A stretch of 64,000 nt of DNA from Pirellulales bacterium (GTDB taxonomy: Bacteria > Planctomycetota > Planctomycetia > Pirellulales > UBA1268). The first letter of the stretch is position 1; every line of letters starts with the position of its first letter. The position numbers and the translations under genes were made by a program. This document shows positions 35,141 through 44,496 of this stretch, piece by piece. The DNA is taken from positions 5,189 to 69,188 of the forward strand of contig JBAVTF010000102.1 of assembly GCA_049695995.1 (NCBI GenBank). Direction: 5' to 3'. The notes beneath the pieces were generated by a model. It did no database searches, was not told the DNA's origin, and saw nothing but the letters and a program-made list of their open reading frames with translations.

Positions 35141-36114
35141 CACTGACCTTCCGTCCGATTCCGGAGGCGGTGATACGCAGTGTTGAGACAGCGGTTGCCC
35201 CGCAGCCAATACCCGATCGTGCCGGCCACCATTGAAACGCTGTCGGACAGCATGCCAAGCGGTCCGCGGGGCTGGCAAAAGCGACGATAGACGGAGAAAT
35301 GTGGCATGGCTGGATGGAGTCGGATTCCAGCCCAATGCAGGAAGAGCATCTGCCGCCGGTGCTGCAAACCTCCGAAGTCCCACTTACGCCACACCCCGTC
35401 GGCATCTTCGTAGACAGATCCGCGATCGTTCGCCCACGCCGAGTGCGCGAAGCGACTCTCGAGGTCGGCGATGTGGCAGGCGCGGAGCCCATGGGAGTCG
35501 CACAGATAGTTCAAGAAGAACTGGTCGGTGTTTCGGGGATTCATCTGGTCCCGCACCGCAACCAGCTCCTTCCCGGCAGCCTCCATCTGCTCGAGAGAAA
35601 ACAGCCCCTTCCGGCTCGCCCAGATATTGCTGCTGAAACCGTGGCCCAGACCCTTACGACAAAAGCCGGTGCGAATTGGCCCGTCGTTGTAGACCTGGTT
35701 GATCACGGCGTCGTAGTGCACGAGTGGCACGTCGTGCGAACGGGCGGCCGCCGCAAAGCCCGATGTATCGGCCAACACGAGCATGCGGCAGTCCAGGTAC
35801 GCGAATGCGTCAAACGGGCCGTCGAACGCCGCGAACCTGCGGAACCAGTGCGGGCCGGTCGCCGTCTTGCCGATTTCGAGATCACGGCCGATCCGCTCCA
35901 GCCGTTGGAATGCCGCGTCGTCGCGATAGACGTCGCCCCCCGCCTGCCGCACGAGCGCTTCGCAGCGACCGCTCTGCTCGTCAAAAGGAATCAACAGAAG
36001 CGGAAGGGCGGGGTTGTAGACCCGAAAACTGGCGACGAAGGCCGAGAGCCAATCCGCGACGCGGTCATTGGCGAGCACGAACACGCCAGTCCGCGGATCA
36101 CTGTTTTCCATCAT
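35140..36114 (-). CDS. hypothetical protein, possible GT-A-like transferase
   Basis: 324 aa (VFVLANDRVADWLSAFVASFRVYNP...FAYLDCRMLVLAD). Coupled to the downstream GT2. No family confidently recognised. Confidence 0.45.
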   Translation of the reverse strand: MMENSDPRTGVFVLANDRVADWLSAFVASFRVYNPALPLLLIPFDEQSGRCEALVRQAGGDVYRDDAAFQRLERIGRDLEIGKTATGPHWFRRFAAFDGPFDAFAYLDCRMLVLADTSGFAAAARSHDVPLVHYDAVINQVYNDGPIRTGFCRKGLGHGFSSNIWASRKGLFSLEQMEAAGKELVAVRDQMNPRNTDQFFLNYLCDSHGLRACHIADLESRFAHSAWANDRGSVYEDADGVWRKWDFGGLQHRRQMLFLHWAGIRLHPAMPHFSVYRRFCQPRGPLGMLSDSVSMVAGTIGYWLRGNRCLNTAYHRLRNRTEGQ

Positions 36115-36394
36115 CTTCTCCCACGGCCACCACGATACCAGCCGGCTGGCCGGCGCCGACGAACGCCCTTGGCAAAATCGCCGGGGCGCATGATTTCCAC
36201 GGCAACTGCCGTATACTCCCTACAAGAATGAGGTGCGCAGCCGGGAACTGGCGCGGGACGCCTGCAGACACGCCGACACCGACGGGAACGGAGTACGCCT
36301 CAACTCACCCCCTCTTTGTAGCGTGTCGCGATGTTGGGCCCGGCATATGCCTGATGCCACACTCAGCTCTCACGAACCCCTCAGCTGCTCTGCC

Positions 36395-37180
36395 ATGAAA
36401 GTCGTCATCCTCTGCGGTGGCAAAGGTACGCGGCTCCGCGAAGAAACGGAGTATCGCCCGAAGCCCATGGTCCCGATCGGCGGCAAGCCGATTCTCTGGC
36501 ACATCATGAAGACCTATGCCCATTACGGGCACAAGGAGTTCATTCTCTGCCTTGGCTACAAGGGGGAGATGATCAAAGACTTCTTCCGCAACTACATGTG
36601 GGCAACAAGCGATGTCACCATGAAACTCGGCCGCGGATCGTCGGTAACGTTTCATGACCACGTCGATGAACTCGACTGGACCGTGACGCTCGCCGACACG
36701 GGCGAAGACAGCATGACGGCCTACCGTATCCGGCGAATCGAGCGATACCTGGGGGATGACGACACGTTTCTTCTCACGTACGGCGACGGCGTGGGGAACA
36801 TCGATATCACGGGCTCGATCGCCTTTCACCACGAGCACCGTCGTGCCTGCACGCTCACCGGCGTCCATCCTCCAGGGCGGTTCGGCGAATTGGGCATCGG
36901 TCAGAAGTCCGAAGTTACGCACTTCAATGAGAAGCCGCAGTCCGAGGGCGGCTATATCAACGGCGGCTACATGGTCTGCGACCGGAGACTCTTCACCTAT
37001 CTCCCGGACGATCCGAGCATGATGCTTGAACGGCAGCCAATGAGCGACATGGTTCGCGCCCGCGACTTGGCCGTGTTCCGCCACAATGGTTTTTGGCAGC
37101 CAATGGATACGTTCCAGGAATTGGTCCTTCTCAACCAGTTGTGGTCGAACGGCAAGGCGCCTTGGAAGGTGTGGCCATGA
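36395..37180 (+). CDS. rfbF: glucose-1-phosphate cytidylyltransferase
   Basis: MKVVILCGGKGTRLREETEYRPKPMVPIGGKPILWHIMKTYAHYGHKEFILCLGYKG is the characteristic RfbF/DdhA N-terminus. Confidence 0.9.
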   Translation: MKVVILCGGKGTRLREETEYRPKPMVPIGGKPILWHIMKTYAHYGHKEFILCLGYKGEMIKDFFRNYMWATSDVTMKLGRGSSVTFHDHVDELDWTVTLADTGEDSMTAYRIRRIERYLGDDDTFLLTYGDGVGNIDITGSIAFHHEHRRACTLTGVHPPGRFGELGIGQKSEVTHFNEKPQSEGGYINGGYMVCDRRLFTYLPDDPSMMLERQPMSDMVRARDLAVFRHNGFWQPMDTFQELVLLNQLWSNGKAPWKVWP

Positions 37181-38325
37181 CCATCGCCCACGAACAAGCT
37201 TTGTTCGGCGGTGCGTTTCATGGCGCCCGCGTGCTCGTCACGGGCCATACGGGCTTCAAGGGCTCATGGCTGTGCGAATGGCTGCTGGCTCTCGGCGCTC
37301 AGATCACGGGCCTTGCCCTCGAACCCGACACCACTCCCGCTCTCTTCACGCAACTAGGGCTCGCGTCCAGGGTGCGTCACATCGTAGGTGACGTTCGTTC
37401 GCCCGACGTCGTTCGGCGGATCGTTGCCGAAACATCGCCGGACTTCGTATTCCACCTTGCCGCCCAGCCCCTCGTGCGTCGTTCCTATCGGAAGGCGACC
37501 TACACGTGGGAGACAAACGTGCTGGGCACAGTGCACGTGCTCGACGCACTGCGGCAACTCGACAAGCCCTGCGCGGCCGTCATGGTGACCACAGACAAGT
37601 GCTACGAAAATCGCGAATGGCTCTACGGCTATCGGGAAAACGACCCGCTCGGTGGGCACGATCCCTACAGTTCCAGCAAGGCAGCCGCCGAACTTGCAAT
37701 AGCTTCGTGGCGGAACTCATTTTTCGCCTCGGGCGATCCCGTCCGGATCGCGAGCGCCCGCGCCGGCAACGTGATTGGCGGCGGCGACTGGGCCGAGGAT
37801 CGGATCGCGCCCGACTGCGCCCGCGCAGTGACCCACAACAACGCGATTGCCGTCCGCAACAAGACGGCCACGCGTCCGTGGCAGCACGTCCTCGAACCGC
37901 TGAGCGGCTACCTCTGGCTCGCCGCCGTGCTGGCCAATCCGACACTGCGGCCTTATGCGGCTGATTTATTTACCTCAGCATTCAATTTCGGACCTTCCTC
38001 CGAGTCAAATCGGACCGTAGTCCAACTTGTAGAGGCATTTTTGCGACACTGGCCGGGGCAATGGGCTGACCAGAGCGATCCGGCCGCTTCCCATGAAGCG
38101 GGTCAGCTCAGCCTGGCGACCGACAAGGCGCTTCAGATCCTCGGTTGGGAACCATGCTGGGACTTCGAAGACGCCGTCCTAAAGACTGCCACATGGTATC
38201 GACGCTGCCACGAAGGTTGGGATCCGGCTGAGCTGACCCGCAGAGATCTCGATGATTACGAGGCACTCGCACGTCAGAAGAACATTTGCTGGATGCCCCA
38301 GAAACGGAAGCATTGTAAGTCATGA
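37177..38325 (+). CDS. rfbG: CDP-glucose 4,6-dehydratase
   Basis: VLVTGHTGFKGSWLCEWLLALGA, TTDKCYEN and PYSSSKAAAE. ATGA-coupled to rfbF. Confidence 0.9.
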   Translation: MTIAHEQALFGGAFHGARVLVTGHTGFKGSWLCEWLLALGAQITGLALEPDTTPALFTQLGLASRVRHIVGDVRSPDVVRRIVAETSPDFVFHLAAQPLVRRSYRKATYTWETNVLGTVHVLDALRQLDKPCAAVMVTTDKCYENREWLYGYRENDPLGGHDPYSSSKAAAELAIASWRNSFFASGDPVRIASARAGNVIGGGDWAEDRIAPDCARAVTHNNAIAVRNKTATRPWQHVLEPLSGYLWLAAVLANPTLRPYAADLFTSAFNFGPSSESNRTVVQLVEAFLRHWPGQWADQSDPAASHEAGQLSLATDKALQILGWEPCWDFEDAVLKTATWYRRCHEGWDPAELTRRDLDDYEALARQKNICWMPQKRKHCKS

Positions 38326-39566
38326 AGATGCCCATGATACGACGACTGAACGGGTGTCGAGTCTGCGGAAGTGCGGACTTGACTGCGTTTCTTCATCTTG
38401 CCGACATGCCGTTCACGGACGACTTCGTCCCGCCGGCTCGCTTCGGTTCCGAGTTTCGCGCCGACATAGACGTGTTCCTGTGTCGCGGGTGTCTCACGGC
38501 GCAGACACAACACGACGTCGATGTTGGTGACTACTACGAGGACTACCAGTATTCCGTAGGCGGATCCGGCACTGCCAGCAGATTCATGCGGCAACTCGCC
38601 GAGCAGAGCCAAGCAACCTTCTATCCGGGTGAGACCGGAAGAAAAGTGCTTGAGGTCGGTTCGGGTGACGGAGAGCAACTGGTGGCTTTCAAGCAGACGG
38701 GTTGCAAAGTCCTTGGATATGAGCCGTCGTCGACGCTGTGCCGGGCGGCTCTCGATAAAGGTATCGAGTCGGTGCAGGGACTGTTTACTGCCAATTCGGT
38801 CCGGCAGTTGCCGCCGGATTTCCGTCAGGTCGACGTATTGATGCTGTCGTACACCTTTGATCACCTTCCCGATCCGCGGGAATTCGTGGCGACCAGCCGG
38901 TCAATCCTAAATCCCGAGCAAGGACTGCTGATCGTCGAGATTCACGACCTCGAGAAGATCATAGCCCGGCAAGAATATTGCTTGTTCGAGCACGAGCACT
39001 CGATCTATCTAACCGAGGCGACGGCAGCAAATCTGTGCCGGCTGGAGGACATGGAAATCGTCAGTTTTGATCTCGTTCCGCAAAGCGATCGCCGCGCCAA
39101 TTCGCTAATTTTCGTGGCGACGCCCAAAGGGTCACGATTTTCACACCGCCCCGCGGCACCCCGCACGCCGCCAAGCTTCGCCGACCCGGAGTTTTATCGG
39201 CAGGTCAGCGCGAATATTTTCCGCGGAGTCGCGAACCTTGAGGCGTTTGTGGACAACAGGACTCGCCGCGGCAGAAGCCTCGCGGGCTACGGCGCGGGCG
39301 GACGGGGAGTGATGACTATGAGCGCGATGAAGAACGCTTCTCGGCTCCGTTATCTGGTCGACAAAAAGCCCAAACGCCCCGGGCTGCTCGCGCCGAAGTC
39401 CGGCGTTCCAGTGGTTGGGCCCGACGGATTACAGGTCGATCCTGTCAACGACATCATCGTGTTTAGTTTCGGATATTTCGAGGAAATCCGTGATGAAGTC
39501 GGGCAAATAGGCTACCGTCCTGAGCAGCTCCATTCCCTGGTCGACATCCTCGCCGGGCGCTTCTAG
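38322..39566 (+). CDS. NDP-hexose C-methyltransferase-type enzyme (Zn-ribbon + SAM MT + C-methyltransferase C-terminal domain)
   Basis: N-terminal CRVCGS...CRGCL zinc ribbon, SAM motif VLEVGSGDGEQL, and a long C-terminal domain as in TylCIII-like enzymes. Confidence 0.7.
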   Translation: MKMPMIRRLNGCRVCGSADLTAFLHLADMPFTDDFVPPARFGSEFRADIDVFLCRGCLTAQTQHDVDVGDYYEDYQYSVGGSGTASRFMRQLAEQSQATFYPGETGRKVLEVGSGDGEQLVAFKQTGCKVLGYEPSSTLCRAALDKGIESVQGLFTANSVRQLPPDFRQVDVLMLSYTFDHLPDPREFVATSRSILNPEQGLLIVEIHDLEKIIARQEYCLFEHEHSIYLTEATAANLCRLEDMEIVSFDLVPQSDRRANSLIFVATPKGSRFSHRPAAPRTPPSFADPEFYRQVSANIFRGVANLEAFVDNRTRRGRSLAGYGAGGRGVMTMSAMKNASRLRYLVDKKPKRPGLLAPKSGVPVVGPDGLQVDPVNDIIVFSFGYFEEIRDEVGQIGYRPEQLHSLVDILAGRF

Positions 39567-39569
39567 CCA

Positions 39570-40514
39570 ATGAAGCACCACGTTGTCATAACGGGGGCAA
39601 CGGGATTCATCGGTGCTGCGATCGCGGCGACCATGCTGCGGCGCGGCTGGAGCGTCACAACGCTCGTTCGGCCTCACTCCAACCTTGATCGCTTGCGTGA
39701 GCTATCAGGGCACTCTGTCCTAGTCTGTCCAGGGTTTGCTGATCACGCGGTCCGGGCAGAATTGCGTGAGCGTCGTCCCGACGCCTTCGTTCATTGCGCG
39801 TGGCGCGGCGTTAGCGGAGCCGACAGAAACGAGAAGTTTCAGGTTCAGGACAATCTCGCAATGACCCTGACCACAGTCGATTTGGCCGCGACTGTGGGCT
39901 GTCAACAGTGGATTGGACTCGGGTCCCAAGCGGAATACGGCAATCTCAACCGGCGAATCGACGAGAATGATTCGCCCCGTCCGACCACGCTGTATGGGAA
40001 GGCGAAACTGGCGGCTGGAATAGCGTCACTCGCGTTATGCCAAGCTCATGGAATGCTGGGCACATGGCTCCGCGTGTTTTCCACCTACGGGCCGGGAGAC
40101 TCTCCTCGCTGGTTCTTGCCGTATGTCATCAGGGAGTTTTTGGCGGGTCGTCCGCCAGAACTCACCAAGTGCGAGCAGCGGTGGGATTACTTGTATGTTG
40201 ACGACGCCGCAAGAGCTGTGACGGAAGTTGTAGAAACATCGGCCCATGGGGTCTTCAATTTGGGCTCGGGCAGTTCGCGGCCGTTACGGGACTATGTCGA
40301 TGCTATCGTCCGGGAACTCGGCTGCGTCACCAAGCCCGCTTATGGCGCTGTTCCCTACAGGACAGACCAGGTCATGCATCTCGAAGCCGACATCTCCCGC
40401 CTGTCGACTGCCGTTGGCTGGATACCGACGACGATGCTTAACGACGGAATTCGCGCAACAGTCGCTTTTGAGCGAACGCGGACCGCCACAGGACCCTCAG
40501 GATCCAAGCCATGA
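39570..40514 (+). CDS. extended-SDR NAD-dependent sugar epimerase/reductase
   Basis: VVITGATGFIGAAIA and LYGKAKLAAG (YxxxK). Confidence 0.8.
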   Translation: MKHHVVITGATGFIGAAIAATMLRRGWSVTTLVRPHSNLDRLRELSGHSVLVCPGFADHAVRAELRERRPDAFVHCAWRGVSGADRNEKFQVQDNLAMTLTTVDLAATVGCQQWIGLGSQAEYGNLNRRIDENDSPRPTTLYGKAKLAAGIASLALCQAHGMLGTWLRVFSTYGPGDSPRWFLPYVIREFLAGRPPELTKCEQRWDYLYVDDAARAVTEVVETSAHGVFNLGSGSSRPLRDYVDAIVRELGCVTKPAYGAVPYRTDQVMHLEADISRLSTAVGWIPTTMLNDGIRATVAFERTRTATGPSGSKP

Positions 40515-41317
40515 ATTCTCACACCTTGGCATGTTGCATCCGACGGCTGTCTTTGCAAATGGTGCACGCAGCAAATGCGTCCCACATTGGAGGCGCCTTG
40601 TCCATGGCCGACCTCATCGCAGTCCTTTACAGCGACGTACTGCGCGTGCGCCCCGAAGACCCGCAGTGGCCACTTCGCGACCGTTTCATTCTTAGCAAAG
40701 GTCATTGCTGCGTGGCTCTTTACGCAGCTCTAGCAACCAAGGGGTTCTTCAGTAGCGACGAGCTCACTTCATACGGCGCTAATGGATCGAGGTTGATGAC
40801 CCACATCAGCCATAAGGTTCCCGGGGTCGAATTTTCCACCGGCTCACTCGGCCACGGACTGCCATTTGCCGCTGGTCGCGCCCTGGCGGCAAAACGTCAA
40901 CACTGCGACTGGAAGACATTCGTCCTGCTCAGCGACGGCGAACTAGACGAGGGATCGAACTGGGAAGCAATCCTCTTTGCCCCACACCATCGCCTCGACA
41001 ATCTCGTAGTAATCATCGACTACAACAAAATCCAAAGCCTTGGCTCAGTTTCGGAAGTCGTGGAGCTACACCCATTAGCCGATAAGTTCCGAGCTTTTCG
41101 CTGGACCGTGCAAGAAATCGACGGTCACGATCACGGCCAGATTAAACACGCGCTGACTAGCACTCCGTGGGCGCCAGGAAAACCAAGCGTTGTGCTTGCT
41201 CATACCGTGAAGGGGAAAGGCATTGACTTCATGGAGGGCAACCTCAAATGGCATTACAGCGCACCCACTCCTCAACAACTCGGAGTCGCCCTCAGCCAGA
41301 TCGAGGGCACATCGTGA
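40511..41317 (+). CDS. transketolase N-terminal (ThDP-binding) subunit
   Basis: HIGGALSMADLIAVLY, ILSKGHCCVALYA, GSLGHGLPFAAG and LLSDGELDEGSNWEA. Confidence 0.9.
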   Translation: MNSHTLACCIRRLSLQMVHAANASHIGGALSMADLIAVLYSDVLRVRPEDPQWPLRDRFILSKGHCCVALYAALATKGFFSSDELTSYGANGSRLMTHISHKVPGVEFSTGSLGHGLPFAAGRALAAKRQHCDWKTFVLLSDGELDEGSNWEAILFAPHHRLDNLVVIIDYNKIQSLGSVSEVVELHPLADKFRAFRWTVQEIDGHDHGQIKHALTSTPWAPGKPSVVLAHTVKGKGIDFMEGNLKWHYSAPTPQQLGVALSQIEGTS

Positions 41318-42216
41318 GAACCGCATTTATTCAACACCTTATCGAACACGCACGTACGAACCCACGGCTCTTTCTCGTCGTCGGGGATCTCGGATACTCC
41401 GTGGTCGAACCCTTTGCGGCCGAATTTCCCGATCGGTTTCTCAATGCAGGCGTAGCCGAGCAAAACATGACCGGCGTTGCGGCCGGCCTCGCCGCGGAGG
41501 GATATCACGTCTTCACATACTCGATCGCGAATTTCCCAACCCTTCGTTGCCTAGAGCAAATCCGTAACGACATCTGCTACCACGGCTTCCCAGTAACGAT
41601 CGTTTCCGTTGGTGCGGGGCTTGCTTATGGAAACCTAGGATTCTCCCACCACGGAATCCAAGACATCGCAACGCTGCGATGCATGCCCAACATTACGATC
41701 GCCAGCCCTGCTGATCCCGAGGAGACGCGCGGGTGCCTTGCCTATCTAATAGCAAACCCCGGCCCGTCATATTTGCGACTCGGGAAAGCCGGCGAACCGC
41801 AGCTGCACCGCGTCCCCATCGATGGACTGCGGCCGCTGAACTTAATTGATGGCAAGGCTGCCCTGGCGATCGTCGGCACCGGCGCAATTGTTGCCACTGC
41901 CCTGGAGGCAGCACGCCAACTGAGGGAATGCGGCCTAGATTGCTCAGTTTTTTCGGTGCCATTCCTCGCGCCCAGCAATGGCGATGCTTTCAACGCCCTC
42001 TGGCAGATGCCAAACATAATTACAGTAGAGGAACATGTTGCTGCGGGCGGACTAGGCAGCTTGATCAAAGAGAATGCTCCACACGGCGTGCGCGTCCGCT
42101 CCCTGTGCGTGAATGAATCTCTCTTCTCAGCCGTCGGTTCCCAGAAGACACTGTGGGAAGCGAATGGCCTTACTGCCGATGCACTGGTTTTGCAAGCACG
42201 GCAGCTACTTCAGTGA
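41314..42216 (+). CDS. transketolase C-terminal (pyrimidine-binding) subunit
   Basis: The GTG start overlaps the upstream stop. FLNAGVAEQNMTGVAAGLA, SIANFPTLRCLEQIRNDI and HHGIQDIATLRCMPN. Confidence 0.85.
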   Translation: MRTAFIQHLIEHARTNPRLFLVVGDLGYSVVEPFAAEFPDRFLNAGVAEQNMTGVAAGLAAEGYHVFTYSIANFPTLRCLEQIRNDICYHGFPVTIVSVGAGLAYGNLGFSHHGIQDIATLRCMPNITIASPADPEETRGCLAYLIANPGPSYLRLGKAGEPQLHRVPIDGLRPLNLIDGKAALAIVGTGAIVATALEAARQLRECGLDCSVFSVPFLAPSNGDAFNALWQMPNIITVEEHVAAGGLGSLIKENAPHGVRVRSLCVNESLFSAVGSQKTLWEANGLTADALVLQARQLLQ

Positions 42217-42389
42217 ACGCAAAGCCTCACGCCTGCCTTCGTCTTGGTGTTGAGCAGGTGATGCGAAATGCCTGAGCCCGTGCGACTAAAAAGAACACTG
42301 ACTACATCGCAACGCGCTCAACACATTGCCGCAGGATCTAATCCCGTGCCGACGTACTAACGCACCCGTTTCCTTTTCTATAACTTCTC

Positions 42390-43460
42390 GTGTACCACCA
42401 TAAGGCCTTGCCTGACGCCGCCGCGGTAAAGAGCACCCAGCTGCTTATAGCTATCCCCACCTTTAATCGCGCCCCTCGGCTCCGCGATACCCTGGAGGCT
42501 CTTGCTCCGCAATTAACTCCTGAGGTGTCTGTACTGTTGCTTGACAATCACAGTACCGACGACACACCAAGAATTTGCGAGGCCTTCCGATCACGCTTTC
42601 CAAATAATGTCACGGTGTCTCGCAATAATGCCAACGTCGGCGTATTACCAAATGTCATGAAGTGCTTCGAGGCCGCACAAGCCGGCTGGCTGTGGCCCCT
42701 CCCAGACGACGACGAGATTCTGCCAGACGCCATCTCCCTTGCAACGTCCGTTATTGAACGGCATCCAACAGCCGTGTTCGTCAATTTCTCCACCTCCTTA
42801 CTGAAGGCCCATGGAATTGATCGAGATCAAGAGATCATCTTCAGCAGCCTCGACGATTTTCTTGCTCGTTGCGACTCCTTTGGCAACACCCTTTTCTTGA
42901 CAGCAACCTTTTACAACTGCGAGGCAGTAAGGAAAGAGCTCCGAACTGCCTACCTCACCCTACATACTTTCGCCCCCCATGTCGCCATCCAACTGTTGGC
43001 GCTAGCCAAACCCAACGCCATTGCAGTACAGTCCGACGTGCGCATCGCAAATTGGGGAACAAATGTTGAATGGAGCAATAAAGCCGTCTCAGACGGCATG
43101 ACTGGCCTTCTGAGATTGGTGTCGTCTGCCAACGGCCGTCACAATCTGAATCAATTAATCGAAAAGGAATTTCCTTTTTCTGCACGCAGTCGCTCACGGC
43201 TCTCGGCGGCTTTTAACGCAGCCGCCGATGGCCCCGCAGCTCTTTCCGACCGAATAGCCAAGTGCGGCACCATCACGGCATTCACCGGCAGGTACCGCCT
43301 ACACTTAGTTCTGCTCCTAGTTCTACAGCTTCTCGACACCGTTTATATCGGACAGGGCATTTGTTTTGTGAGGTCCGTGCTAGATAGACTCCGAAAGCGC
43401 AAGGTCCGAAGCGCGAATGGAGGAGCGCTTGCGGACTTTGAGAATTGCGAGCGGTTGTGA
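42390..43460 (+). CDS. family 2 glycosyltransferase
   Basis: LLIAIPTFNRAPRLRDTLEAL...LLLDNHSTDDT...PLPDDDE. GTG start, exact position uncertain. Confidence 0.8.
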   Translation: MYHHKALPDAAAVKSTQLLIAIPTFNRAPRLRDTLEALAPQLTPEVSVLLLDNHSTDDTPRICEAFRSRFPNNVTVSRNNANVGVLPNVMKCFEAAQAGWLWPLPDDDEILPDAISLATSVIERHPTAVFVNFSTSLLKAHGIDRDQEIIFSSLDDFLARCDSFGNTLFLTATFYNCEAVRKELRTAYLTLHTFAPHVAIQLLALAKPNAIAVQSDVRIANWGTNVEWSNKAVSDGMTGLLRLVSSANGRHNLNQLIEKEFPFSARSRSRLSAAFNAAADGPAALSDRIAKCGTITAFTGRYRLHLVLLLVLQLLDTVYIGQGICFVRSVLDRLRKRKVRSANGGALADFENCERL

Positions 43461-43485
43461 CGCAGAGTACAGGCAACAGGACGGC

Positions 43486-44496
43486 ATGACTGAGGAAACC
43501 GGCATTTTAAGTGGGCCGCCGGGAAGCCCATTCACAAGAAACGGCATTCGACGCGAGCGTGTCGCGATCGTACTCACGAACTACAACTATCAACACTATG
43601 TCGCTCGAGCAATTCGCTCCTGCCAAAGGCAGTCGCACTCCGAAATTAGCATTGTTGTTGTTGATGACGGCTCCGTTGATGACTCTGTTTCTGCCATCAC
43701 GGATGCGTTTGACGGCGATCAACGGTGCCAACTAGTCCGGAAAGATAACGGCGGGCAACTGTCAGCATTCAACACAGCCGTTAGCGCCATCACAGAAGAC
43801 GTTTACATCGTTGTTTTCCTTGATGCGGACGACGTACTTGAGCCTGATTGCGTCGCCGCGCTGCTTAAGGCATACAGCGACCGCCCTGACGTTGACTTTA
43901 TTTTCAGCACGCCGCGGCCTTTTAGCGAGCCCGAGCCCCCGCTCATCGAGCCCACCAACCATACAGCAACCGATCTTGGTTTTACGACCGCGGCGACATG
44001 GTTCTGTCAGGAATGGATAGGCGCGCCGACTTCCGGGCTTTCGATGCGGGCATCACTGGTGCGGAAACTGCTTCCCATCCCGCTTGAATCAGATTGGCGG
44101 ATCCGGGCTGATGATTGCCTTGTTTGGGGTTCGTCCCTGGCAGGAGCCAGAAAGATGCACCTTGACGGCACGCTCGTTCATTACCGCATCCATGAAAACA
44201 ATTCGTTCTACGGTAAAAACGTTCTCGCGGCATCCGACCGTTACCGTCGCTGCCTTGCCGCTAACCGTGTGTGGCAACACTTCGACTCGGTGTTTGCGCT
44301 CTCGCGGTTGAGCGCAAGCGGTGTTTACCTCGAGTTTCGCACACAGCCTCGGCGGACACTGCAACAGGCGCTCCGCTACACGCGGATTGCCCGGGCAACG
44401 CGATTCCGCGTGCTAGACCGCATGCGACTGATAGCGAACATCTGGGCCCGCTTTGCGTATGACGCCGTGATGTCGCTTCGGGGCACCCCGCAATGA
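43486..44496 (+). CDS. family 2 glycosyltransferase
   Basis: VAIVLTNYNYQHYVARAIRSCQRQ...IVVVDDGSVDDS...VFLDADD. Confidence 0.85.
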   Translation: MTEETGILSGPPGSPFTRNGIRRERVAIVLTNYNYQHYVARAIRSCQRQSHSEISIVVVDDGSVDDSVSAITDAFDGDQRCQLVRKDNGGQLSAFNTAVSAITEDVYIVVFLDADDVLEPDCVAALLKAYSDRPDVDFIFSTPRPFSEPEPPLIEPTNHTATDLGFTTAATWFCQEWIGAPTSGLSMRASLVRKLLPIPLESDWRIRADDCLVWGSSLAGARKMHLDGTLVHYRIHENNSFYGKNVLAASDRYRRCLAANRVWQHFDSVFALSRLSASGVYLEFRTQPRRTLQQALRYTRIARATRFRVLDRMRLIANIWARFAYDAVMSLRGTPQ

